Below, piece after piece: positions 24,426 to 32,092 of a stretch of DNA of 37,678 bases (position 1 is its first letter; each line of letters opens with the position of its first letter). The notes below the pieces were generated by a model, which saw only the letters and a list, made by a program, of their open reading frames with translations, did no database searches and was not told where the DNA came from. A program made the translations under genes and the position numbers. Source of the DNA: an uncultured bacterium (GTDB lineage Bacteria > DUMJ01). The DNA lies in contig CAZZLK010000049.1 of NCBI GenBank assembly GCA_964655195.1, forward strand, positions 1 through 37,678. Reading direction: 5' to 3'.

Positions 24426-24952
24426 TCTTTACCTCCGATATATTTTCTTCCTGCCTCAAATGCCTTTAGATTTATCTCTAAAAGATGAAGCCTCTCTTTT
24501 AGAAGATTCTTGAGTATTTCTTCAACCTTAGAGGCATCTAAATCCCTTATAAGTTCTACATAACCTCCTGCCATCACCATATTTGCCACTCTTACATTAC
24601 CCAATTCTTCTGCTATCTTAGATGCAGGTATTCCTATTACATCATTTTCAGATTCTATATCAACAAGAGAAGTATTCACTATCTTATACTTCGGAGAAAA
24701 CTTGTCCTTAAACCTCCTGTATGAAGGTTCGTTCATAAGTATAACGGCCTCTGGATCTGTTACTATTGGAAATTTTATCTCATCAGAAGAGATAACAACA
24801 GTACAATTAGCTGAACCTCCACGCATCTCTGGCCCGTAAGAAGGGACCCAGGTTACCCGCATATTGTTAGCCATTCCAAGATGGGCAAAGAACTGACCCA
24901 TAAATAGAATACCCTGTCCACCATAACCAGCAATCAATATAGTATGAGTCAT
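24410..24952 (-). CDS. 2-oxoacid:ferredoxin oxidoreductase gamma subunit (POR/KOR gamma family), orphan
   Basis: ILIAGYGGQGILFMGQ and PSYGPEMRGGSANCTVVIS are typical of the gamma subunit. Start placed at ATG 24952 (MTHTILIAG) because AGGAGG lies 8 nt upstream. No alpha, beta or delta genes are in the window. Confidence 0.75.
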   Translation of the reverse strand: MTHTILIAGYGGQGILFMGQFFAHLGMANNMRVTWVPSYGPEMRGGSANCTVVISSDEIKFPIVTDPEAVILMNEPSYRRFKDKFSPKYKIVNTSLVDIESENDVIGIPASKIAEELGNVRVANMVMAGGYVELIRDLDASKVEEILKNLLKERLHLLEINLKAFEAGRKYIGGKEWKEL

Positions 24953-24956
24953 AAAT

Positions 24957-26132
24957 TTAACCTCCTGGTACAATTTTCCCTAGTACCACTCTCTTTCTGG
25001 CACCGGTAGCTCTAGGAACATTATTGGGGGAATTAAAGACTACTTCGTTTGCCAGTATTGCAAATGCTAAGGCTTCTTTAGCCTGATTAGGAATGCCAAA
25101 ATCCTCGTGTGTCTTTATATTAATCTCCGGAAGTAACCTGTTCAGCATCTCAATCAGATAACTATTATAAGCACCTCCTCCACCTATAATCAGTTCATCT
25201 ATCTCAAACTGACAGATAGAATTAGCTATGGTAGTCGCAGTAAGGGCAGTAGCAGTAGCTACTATATCCTCATCCTTAAGCCAGAGAGATTTTCCCTTCT
25301 CATAAAAGGTAGAAGCAAAGGCTTTTCCAAAAACCTCTCTTCCCGTTGTCTTTGGAGGAGACATATCAAAGTAGGGATGTAATAAAGCTGTTTCCAATAA
25401 TTCTTTCGAAATATTTCCCTTTCTAGCTATGTCTCCATTCAAATCGAAGCTTAACTTGCCACCAGAGATAATCCTTACTATTTCATCTATTACCATATTT
25501 CCCGGACCTGTATCAAAAGCTATAACATCATCTATATCCGCATCCTTCGGTATAATAGTTACATTTGCTATTCCTCCTATATTAAGGACTCCTCTATTAA
25601 CCGAGCTACTTGTAAATAATATCCAGTCTGCAAAAGGCACAAGCGGAGCACCCTGCCCCCCCACTGCCATATCTCTGACCCTAAAGTCGCATATGGTAGT
25701 AATACCTGTCCTTTCCGCTATGACTGCCCCTTCTCCTATCTGAAGTGTAGATCTGATCTGAAACCCTCCTAGTTCCTGCGGATATGGAAAATGGAAGATC
25801 GTTTGTCCATGACTGGCTATAAGGTCTATGCCGTCTCTAGATAAGCCTGCCTCTTTTATCGCCTCCAGAGTTACTTTTGCAAAGATCTCACCCAACAGAA
25901 AGTTAACATTTGATAAGAGAGGGATATTGGCATTTTCTATATCAAACAGCTTATGGATAAGCCCTTTTATCTCTCTAGGATACTCATAATGGTAGTGATG
26001 TATAAGCTTAACCTTGGACTCTCTAGAGTGTCCCTTTATCTCTACTATACTGGCATCAACTCCATCGGCGGATGTCCCGGACATTAATCCAACTATTATT
26101 CTAGATTCTTTCTTGCTTAAATATTCCAGCAA
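24957..26132 (-). CDS. anmK: Anhydro-N-acetylmuramic acid kinase
   Basis: Blocks GLMSGTSADGVDASIVEI, DFRVRDMAVGGQGAPLVP and NIGGIAN. TTG start immediately after the acpS stop. Confidence 0.88.
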   Translation of the reverse strand: MLEYLSKKESRIIVGLMSGTSADGVDASIVEIKGHSRESKVKLIHHYHYEYPREIKGLIHKLFDIENANIPLLSNVNFLLGEIFAKVTLEAIKEAGLSRDGIDLIASHGQTIFHFPYPQELGGFQIRSTLQIGEGAVIAERTGITTICDFRVRDMAVGGQGAPLVPFADWILFTSSSVNRGVLNIGGIANVTIIPKDADIDDVIAFDTGPGNMVIDEIVRIISGGKLSFDLNGDIARKGNISKELLETALLHPYFDMSPPKTTGREVFGKAFASTFYEKGKSLWLKDEDIVATATALTATTIANSICQFEIDELIIGGGGAYNSYLIEMLNRLLPEINIKTHEDFGIPNQAKEALAFAILANEVVFNSPNNVPRATGARKRVVLGKIVPGG

Positions 26133-26495
26133 CTACAGCACTCCCTTTTCTAACATAGCTATAGCCACAGCAAATCCCCCATCATGGCTTATACTCACTA
26201 CTATACTGTTCACCATAAAACTCTCAAACCTTTTCTTGGCCCTATCACTCAATATAACATACGGAGATCCATCTTTTCTATGCATAACAGATATATCTTT
26301 AGGAGAAAGTCCACCTCCTAGAGCCTTTATTACCGCCTCCTTACAGGCAAACTTACCAGCTAGAGCCTCGTAGAATCTCTTATGACCCTTGACTTCTTCG
26401 ATCTCCTCTCGAGAGAATACTCTAGACAGGAACCTTTCTCTTCTTTTTATTGCCCTCTCTATTCTCTCTACACTTACTATATCTATTCCCAACAT
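26133..26495 (-). CDS. acpS: Holo-[acyl-carrier-protein] synthase
   Basis: 120 aa. MLGIDIVSVERIERAI, FSREEIE, FACKEAVIKALG and ISISHDGGFAVA are typical of AcpS. Confidence 0.88.
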   Translation of the reverse strand: MLGIDIVSVERIERAIKRRERFLSRVFSREEIEEVKGHKRFYEALAGKFACKEAVIKALGGGLSPKDISVMHRKDGSPYVILSDRAKKRFESFMVNSIVVSISHDGGFAVAIAMLEKGVL

Positions 26496-26506
26496 AGCTA
26501 ACTACT

Positions 26507-26532
26507 ATTATACTACAATTAGATGTTATAAT
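26507..26532. promoter_or_regulatory. Two divergent -10 elements within a 46-nt intergenic spacer (TATAAT minus strand 26512-26507; TGTTATAAT plus strand 26524-26532)
   Basis: The -10 hexamers end 11 nt from the acpS ATG (26495) and 9 nt from the ATG at 26542. No SD is present on either side. Confidence 0.4.
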
Positions 26533-26541
26533 ATTAATCTA

Positions 26542-27561
26542 ATGAACCGTAGGATTATTGTAAATATATTGGTAGCCTTTTTGGCTAGTATATCTGTCAT
26601 TTTAATCATTAACTCTGCCTTTAAAGAGAAAGTTTCAATCTCTGATCTTTCAAGCAAAGAAGCCTTAGAATTAATCTTTATAGGTCTTATCATAAACTTA
26701 GTCTGTATTCTTATAGATGGTTTTAAACTCTATATGATAGTATCTACCCTTAAAGGAAATATAAAGTACATCGAAGCTTTAGAGTCCTGTTTCTTGTATT
26801 CATTCTTCTCAGCAATAACACCATCCTCTATGGGGGGACAACCATTCCAGATATACTTCTTAACGAAGAAAGGGATAAAAAGTGAGGCTGCTACAAGTAT
26901 AATTCTTCTTAGAACATTTGAATATCTCCTAATAGTATTGGGTATAGATGTCTATGCACTCATTTTTATAATCCCTAAATTATCCCAATGGAACATCGGG
27001 AAGACGATGATAGCATTGGGGTTCGCCAGCAGCTTATTATCGACTGGGTTTACCTGGTTAGCTATGATAAGACCCGATATGTTTAAATATATAATTGCCA
27101 GCCTCAAAAAGATTAAGGGACTAAAGATCTTTATAGAGAGATGGGAAGAAAAGGTTTATGTATGGATAGACAATCTAAAGCTGAGCGCCAACGAGTTATT
27201 GAAAAATAAAAAGATAGTACTTATTGATTTTTCATTAATGCTTATTCTGATACTGATGTATTCCTATCTACTCTTTCTACCTGTAGTAGGACTCACAGGT
27301 CTAAAGATAAACTTTTTAACATTTTTCAGTGTTCAGATACTACTCTCATCCCTTGCCTCTTATGTTCCGACACCTGGAGCTAGTGGTGGCATAGAGGCAA
27401 TATTTTATACATCCTTTAAGGTATCTGTACTTTCTTCTAGATTTCTTCTCTTAGCTATAACAATATACAGGATTACTACTTACTATTCGATTATCGTTGC
27501 TGGAATACCTGTAGTACTAAAAAATAGAAATCTATTATTTGGAGGAAAGGGGGAGCGCTAG
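26542..27561 (+). CDS. Lysylphosphatidylglycerol-synthase-TM-like (UPF0104, flippase-like) integral membrane protein
   Basis: Polytopic membrane protein starting MNRRIIVNILVAFLAS. The block TPSSMGGQPFQIYFL resembles the family. The tracked start at 26389 overlaps acpS and is rejected. Confidence 0.55.
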   Translation: MNRRIIVNILVAFLASISVILIINSAFKEKVSISDLSSKEALELIFIGLIINLVCILIDGFKLYMIVSTLKGNIKYIEALESCFLYSFFSAITPSSMGGQPFQIYFLTKKGIKSEAATSIILLRTFEYLLIVLGIDVYALIFIIPKLSQWNIGKTMIALGFASSLLSTGFTWLAMIRPDMFKYIIASLKKIKGLKIFIERWEEKVYVWIDNLKLSANELLKNKKIVLIDFSLMLILILMYSYLLFLPVVGLTGLKINFLTFFSVQILLSSLASYVPTPGASGGIEAIFYTSFKVSVLSSRFLLLAITIYRITTYYSIIVAGIPVVLKNRNLLFGGKGER

Positions 27562-27566
27562 TAGGG

Positions 27567-27899
27567 CTATTTAGTATATTTATCCTCAGGTAGATATGGA
27601 GATTTTATGAATATGGCGAGAAAATCCTCGGAGGGATTGACGATATTATGTTCCTCCGGAGCTTCAACTCTTATAGCGTCTCCAGCTGAGATTTCAAAAG
27701 CCTTTCCATCCACTATCATCTGAGCCTTTCCAGAGATCACATAAAAGGTCTCTTCAACTTCCTTATGATAATGAGCTCCCAGTTCCTTTCCCGGTATAAG
27801 TTTAAGCACTCCCCACTCTATCCGAGGTCCCCTCATTATATACTTTGGACCCCAGTCTCCGTGTCTGAATTCCTTCTCGGATTCTTTTACACGTTCCAT
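27567..27899 (-). CDS. Cupin domain protein (metal-binding cupin_2 type)
   Basis: 110 aa. Cupin motif 1 is GKELGAHYHKEVEETFYVISG (HxH...E) and motif 2 is GDAIRVEAPEEHNIVN. The ATG is 1 nt after the radical SAM stop. Confidence 0.8.
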   Translation of the reverse strand: MERVKESEKEFRHGDWGPKYIMRGPRIEWGVLKLIPGKELGAHYHKEVEETFYVISGKAQMIVDGKAFEISAGDAIRVEAPEEHNIVNPSEDFLAIFIKSPYLPEDKYTK

Positions 27900-27900
27900 A

Positions 27901-29274
27901 TTACTTCACCTTTTCTTCTGCCTTTTTCACATAATTCTCTTCCCATATCTTATCTGCTATAGCACCCCAGGCATTTGCATATCTGTCTAAAGGTTCTGCC
28001 AGTTCAGAGGTCAGTAATGCCTCAGAACCACCATCTGTAGACTTGGCACCCACCTTAGTTACTATCTCCCTTAAAGCCCAGGGATTATCGACAATCGGAC
28101 AGGGTCTTAAGAGATTCTTATTGAATGGTATCCTCTTCTGATATTCTGCAAATAGTGGAGACTTAAGAACTTCAACCAGACTCTTATCTCTTATGTTATC
28201 CACCGCAAAGTGAACAAATGCACACGGTTCTACATCGCCCTTACCATTTATATGGAAGTAGTTTCTACCACCTGCTATACATCCACCGGTATATGGTCCG
28301 TCATTCCAGAAATCAGCAACAAAGACAGGTTTATCGGCTCTCCAGTGATGTACCGCTGATCTAACCTTTGCCCTCTCTTCTGGGGTAAGCATCAGACTGA
28401 GATCCGGGTCTCTTCCTATAGGAACATACATAAATACCCATCCAAATGCAACGCCCTTATCGATAAGGTGATCTATAAACTCATCACTTGTAATGACGTC
28501 GATATTCTTACGAGTTGCAGTGATAGAGAATCCAAATATTGCTCCGTTCTCTCTTAATAAATCCATAGCTTTCATTACTTTTGCATATACACCCTTGCCA
28601 CGCCTCTCGTCCGTCTCCTTTTCAAAACCCTCTAAACTTATAGCAGGAGCGATATTACCAAGCTCTACGATCTTCTTTGCCATCTTCTCATCTATAAGTG
28701 TTCCGTTAGTGTAGGTATGGAAAATTACGTCTTCATGCTTCTCTGCTATTTCGATAAACTCTTTACTGAGGAACGGCTCTCCACCAGATACAGTTATGAA
28801 GTAGATACCTAATTCCTTTGCTTCGGTAATTATCCTATCCATAAGTTCTTTCCCTAGGCTGAAATGTTGCTGATATTCACCTGCCCAGCATCCGACACAT
28901 CTGAGGTTACAACTAGTTGTCGGATCTATGAGTATGAACCAGGGGATATGGACACCAAGCTTCTCACTCATCTCCATCTGTTTTGGGACACCTAAGAATA
29001 CTGCGTTGATAAAGAAGTCCACAAACATCTTGGACCTGACATTTGGATGAGTATTCTTCAGTAGCCTTATAGCAAACTCCCTCTGTGGAGTGTCGTTAAG
29101 CAGATAATTTGCTACCTGTTCGAGCTGTGCCTTATGCCAGTCCGTTCTGACAAACCTTCTCGCCAGATTGATAAGCTTTTCCAGATTCTGTTCAGGATTT
29201 TTAGCTAGATAATTTAACCCTTCCTCTAAAACAAATCCCCCCACATAACGTTTAGCAAAATCAAAAAATGCCAT
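27901..29274 (-). CDS. Radical SAM enzyme with ~115-aa N-terminal extension and three C-terminal Cys (possible auxiliary cluster); substrate unknown
   Basis: CNLRCVGCW (CX3CX2C) at about residue 120 and SGGEPFL. C-terminal Cys residues sit in TGGCIAGG, VEPCAFVHF and LRPCPIV. AGGAGG upstream lies inside the end of the regulator gene. Confidence 0.8.
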   Translation of the reverse strand: MAFFDFAKRYVGGFVLEEGLNYLAKNPEQNLEKLINLARRFVRTDWHKAQLEQVANYLLNDTPQREFAIRLLKNTHPNVRSKMFVDFFINAVFLGVPKQMEMSEKLGVHIPWFILIDPTTSCNLRCVGCWAGEYQQHFSLGKELMDRIITEAKELGIYFITVSGGEPFLSKEFIEIAEKHEDVIFHTYTNGTLIDEKMAKKIVELGNIAPAISLEGFEKETDERRGKGVYAKVMKAMDLLRENGAIFGFSITATRKNIDVITSDEFIDHLIDKGVAFGWVFMYVPIGRDPDLSLMLTPEERAKVRSAVHHWRADKPVFVADFWNDGPYTGGCIAGGRNYFHINGKGDVEPCAFVHFAVDNIRDKSLVEVLKSPLFAEYQKRIPFNKNLLRPCPIVDNPWALREIVTKVGAKSTDGGSEALLTSELAEPLDRYANAWGAIADKIWEENYVKKAEEKVK

Positions 29275-29278
29275 AAGC

Positions 29279-29989
29279 CTATTCCTCCTCTCCTATTAGA
29301 ATTTTACCTCCGAATATATCTTTAGTAATATCGAAAAGGATCTCTTTGTCCCTACTTGACAATTCATTGAGTAACTCTTTATATCTGTCTAATAGAGAAT
29401 TAATCTTCGGACTTATAAGGTTGTTGTACTTATTCAATCCTATCTTAGCGACAATAACACCTATGAGTAAAGCAGTCAAACCCAAAAGTCCGCTCTGGGG
29501 ATCTATACTCCTCGACAGAGTCTGATAAGCCGAAGATATACTGTCCCAATTTACAGCTAACTTCTGGCTAAGGATAAAAAGTACTGCACTTATATTTAAA
29601 GCCTTAAGTAGTGGTGATCTAATGGAGGATATCTCCTTCATACTAGATTGAAGGACTTCATTTACGGACAATCCATTAAGGACTTTAAGGTGCTCCTTCA
29701 TCTCTTCTATTACTTTACTCAGATTCTCCCTCTTCTCATCTTCACAGATCAATTTCTCGCCCTTAGGAGTAGTCCTGAATGCTAGAGTACTTCTACCTCC
29801 TTTCTCATTCAAAGTATAGACACATTCCACATAACCTTCCTCTTTAAGTGCAGTGAGCAGATCGTAAGCGGTCCACTTACTTACACCAAGCTTCTGTGCA
29901 ACCAGAGAATAGTGCACAGGTTTACCGTACTTCCCACATAACTCGTAGAGTACCTTTATAAACTCTCTTCTCCTTTCCGTAATCCCCAT
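29279..29989 (-). CDS. Winged-helix transcriptional regulator with hydrophobic C-terminal half
   Basis: The N-terminal block VHYSLVAQKLGVSKWTAYDLLTALKEEGYVE is MarR/DtxR-like wHTH. The C-terminal half holds hydrophobic stretches ISAVLFILSQKLAV and GLLGLTALLIGVIVAKIGL. First gene of the operon. Confidence 0.6.
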   Translation of the reverse strand: MGITERRREFIKVLYELCGKYGKPVHYSLVAQKLGVSKWTAYDLLTALKEEGYVECVYTLNEKGGRSTLAFRTTPKGEKLICEDEKRENLSKVIEEMKEHLKVLNGLSVNEVLQSSMKEISSIRSPLLKALNISAVLFILSQKLAVNWDSISSAYQTLSRSIDPQSGLLGLTALLIGVIVAKIGLNKYNNLISPKINSLLDRYKELLNELSSRDKEILFDITKDIFGGKILIGEEE

Positions 29990-30009
29990 ATATCCTCCAA
30001 AAAAACCAA

Positions 30010-30050
30010 AATTCTATATAGAATTATAATACCCAAAAGGAAAATGTCAA
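30010..30050 (-). promoter_or_regulatory. Near-consensus promoter (TTGACA-16 nt-TATAAT, minus strand) with overlapping perfect 16-bp palindrome AATTCTATATAGAATT
   Basis: On the minus strand, TTGACA is at 30050-30045 and TATAAT at 30028-30023. The palindrome at 30010-30025 covers part of the -10 and the predicted start site. GGAGGA follows 3 nt before the ATG at 29989. Confidence 0.65.
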
Positions 30051-30107
30051 GAGTCCGACGACTCCTCAACTTTTTGTGTAGCAGATAAAGTTTAAAAATA
30101 TTGTTAG

Positions 30108-30126
30108 GACAAGCGTCTCGCTTGTC
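30108..30126. promoter_or_regulatory. GC-rich perfect inverted repeat GACAAGCG-tct-CGCTTGTC between divergent promoters
   Basis: An 8-bp arm palindrome in an otherwise AT-rich spacer, with no adjacent T-run. Candidate protein-binding site rather than terminator. Confidence 0.35.
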
Positions 30127-30165
30127 TAAAGTAATCCGTACAAAAATTCATAGATTCTCTTTTCA

Positions 30166-30195
30166 TTGACGACACTATATAGTATATGATAGTAT
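30166..30195 (+). promoter_or_regulatory. Putative promoter of the MCP gene (TTGACG, 18 nt, extended -10 TGATAGTAT)
   Basis: TTGACG at 30166-30171 and TG-A-TAGTAT at 30187-30195. AGGAGGG at 30222-30228 precedes the ATG at 30235. Confidence 0.45.
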
Positions 30196-30234
30196 ATCCA
30201 ATAGATACGAATAATAAAGACTAGGAGGGCTATT

Positions 30235-31974
30235 ATGGTAAAAAGATTATCCGTTGGTTCCAAGCTGTTTTTAAATCTGGCTATACCTATTATAGGTATA
30301 CTAGTAGTGGGAGTATTTTCCTATTTTACCCTAAATAATGCAACATCTACTCTATTAAGTGCATTATATGAAGAGGCTTATTCCAGTATATCTCTAGTTT
30401 TAAATGCGGATAGAGACTTCTATCAGGCTCTCACAGCGTTGCAGGAGATAGTATATACAAATAATCCAAGCGATAAACTGATAAATGACTATTCCAGTAA
30501 TCTATCGCAAGTCCTAGAAAGAACATCTAAAGCAATTGATACAATGGGACGATCAAAAGATCGCTGGGGTATATATAAAGATGACTCTGGAAGAAATATC
30601 TTTGACATCTATTCTAACTTTCAAGTACATATAAATGCTTGGAAACAGACATCAGACTCGCTTATCGAAAGTATAAAAACAGGTAAAAGTATTAAGACTG
30701 ATACCATAAAGAATTGGCTGACGGAATTTGATACGGCGAGAGAGGATCTAAATGTGATAGGGGAGATAATAGATAAAGGAGCTGGCGAATGGTCAGCTAT
30801 GCAGGCAAAATATTTAAGGAATCAAGCAATAGTACTCGTTATTATTTTTGCTGTGACCTTAGCTGTGACAGTACTCTTGGGATTATTACTGATAAGTGGC
30901 ATAAAGAATCCTATAGATAAATTACTTAATGCAGTAACCAATGTGGCTAAAGGCAATTTAAACATAAAGGCTATAGAAATCACTACCGATGATGAGATCG
31001 GTAAACTTGGCAGAGAATTTAACATAATGCTAGAGAATCTAAGGTCCGTAATTTCCAGTTCTAAGGTTTCTTCTGAATCACTGAGCACTCTTTCTAGAGA
31101 TATAAGTAACAATATCGAGCAAGCTTCTATGGCAATACAACAGATATCCAGTACAGTTCAAGGGGTTGCTGATGGGGCTCAAGAGACGGCAAATAATGTA
31201 ACTTCAGCATCCAATGCAGTAGAGACTATGAGCAAAAAGATAGAAGACCTTTCTCAAAATGCTTCAAAGGTGGAAAAAACCGCTCAGGATGCAATGAAAT
31301 TGACAGAAGAAGGGCAACGGGTTATTGATGAACTAAATAAAGGATTCTCCAAGACCACCGATGCAACCAATTCTGTTGTTACTGTAATGAATGAACTCGA
31401 ACAGACCGCAGGTGAGATAGGTCGTATAGTAGAAACAATAATGAGTATAAGTTCTCAAACGAATCTATTAGCTCTAAATGCGGCAATAGAAGCGGCAAGA
31501 GCTGGAGAGGCAGGAAGAGGTTTTGCTGTAGTTGCAGACGAGGTAAGGAAATTAGCAGAAGAATCTAATCAGAGTGCCCAGAGAATCTCTCAATTTATAG
31601 AAGAAATAAGGAATAGAATTACATTAGCAGCACGCAGTACTGATGAAGCGGTAAAGACTATATCCACTCAGGTAGAGATTGGTGCTAGTGTTACTGAGAC
31701 CTTTAACAAAATCTCTCAGGCTAATACTGGGATAAGCAGTATGATACAGGAGATAAATTCGGGGATAATTAGCCTGGTTAACGACGGAAAGAAGATATCT
31801 GATGCTATTCAAAGTGTCGCTGCTATAGCTCAGGAGAACGCTGCATCTTCTGAGGAGGTCTCTGCGGCGGTAGAAGAAGTGACAGCTACTATGGAGAGCA
31901 TAACTTCAAACCTGCAAAGATTAGTAGAGATATCTAAAGAATTAGACGAGATAAATAGAAGATTCAGTCTGTAG
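30235..31974 (+). CDS. Methyl-accepting chemotaxis protein (two TM helices, ~165-aa extracytoplasmic sensor, HAMP, MA domain)
   Basis: TM helices at about residues 12-32 and 197-222. HAMP block [18 protein letters not shown]. Highly conserved signalling hairpin [38 protein letters not shown]. Confidence 0.92.
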   Translation: MVKRLSVGSKLFLNLAIPIIGILVVGVFSYFTLNNATSTLLSALYEEAYSSISLVLNADRDFYQALTALQEIVYTNNPSDKLINDYSSNLSQVLERTSKAIDTMGRSKDRWGIYKDDSGRNIFDIYSNFQVHINAWKQTSDSLIESIKTGKSIKTDTIKNWLTEFDTAREDLNVIGEIIDKGAGEWSAMQAKYLRNQAIVLVIIFAVTLAVTVLLGLLLISGIKNPIDKLLNAVTNVAKGNLNIKAIEITTDDEIGKLGREFNIMLENLRSVISSSKVSSESLSTLSRDISNNIEQASMAIQQISSTVQGVADGAQETANNVTSASNAVETMSKKIEDLSQNASKVEKTAQDAMKLTEEGQRVIDELNKGFSKTTDATNSVVTVMNELEQTAGEIGRIVETIMSISSQTNLLALNAAIEAARAGEAGRGFAVVADEVRKLAEESNQSAQRISQFIEEIRNRITLAARSTDEAVKTISTQVEIGASVTETFNKISQANTGISSMIQEINSGIISLVNDGKKISDAIQSVAAIAQENAASSEEVSAAVEEVTATMESITSNLQRLVEISKELDEINRRFSL

Positions 31975-32023
31975 TCCTTACTAGGTAAACCGGGGGTTAA
32001 TTCCTAAAAAGTTTTTAAAGAGA

Positions 32024-32062
32024 TAGTCTGGAGTAAGCTTCTAAATAGTTTACTCCAGACTA
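32024..32062. terminator. Long hairpin between convergent MCP gene and pil/birA operon (probable bidirectional terminator)
   Basis: TAGTCTGGAGTAA-13 nt loop-TTACTCCAGACTA forms a 13-bp perfect stem. The flanks are only weakly T-rich. Confidence 0.55.
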
Positions 32063-32092
32063 ATTAATAAAAGTCCAGCTGAGTGTTGCTTT

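Noticed and set aside
24953-24973. Seven-codon extension of the OFOR gamma subunit overlapping the anmK 3' end.
   Set aside because: AGGAGG is positioned for ATG 24952. The extension would place the SD inside the coding region.
26389-26541. 51-codon N-terminal extension of the UPF0104-like membrane protein.
   Set aside because: It overlaps acpS on the opposite strand. ATG 26542 gives the typical short basic N-terminus followed by the first TM helix.
30044-30088. 14-codon plus-strand ORF (MSRVRRLLNFLCSR) near the radical SAM operon, considered as a RiPP precursor.
   Set aside because: It has no SD, overlaps the -35 of the minus-strand promoter and is transcribed away from the radical SAM gene. 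I saw no other short ORF with a start context adjacent to the operon.
30179-30197. Tandem ATAGTATAT-G-ATAGTATAT direct repeat upstream of the MCP gene.
   Set aside because: The second copy coincides with the predicted extended -10 (TGATAGTAT). There are only two short copies of an AT-only motif, so I did not treat it as an independent element.
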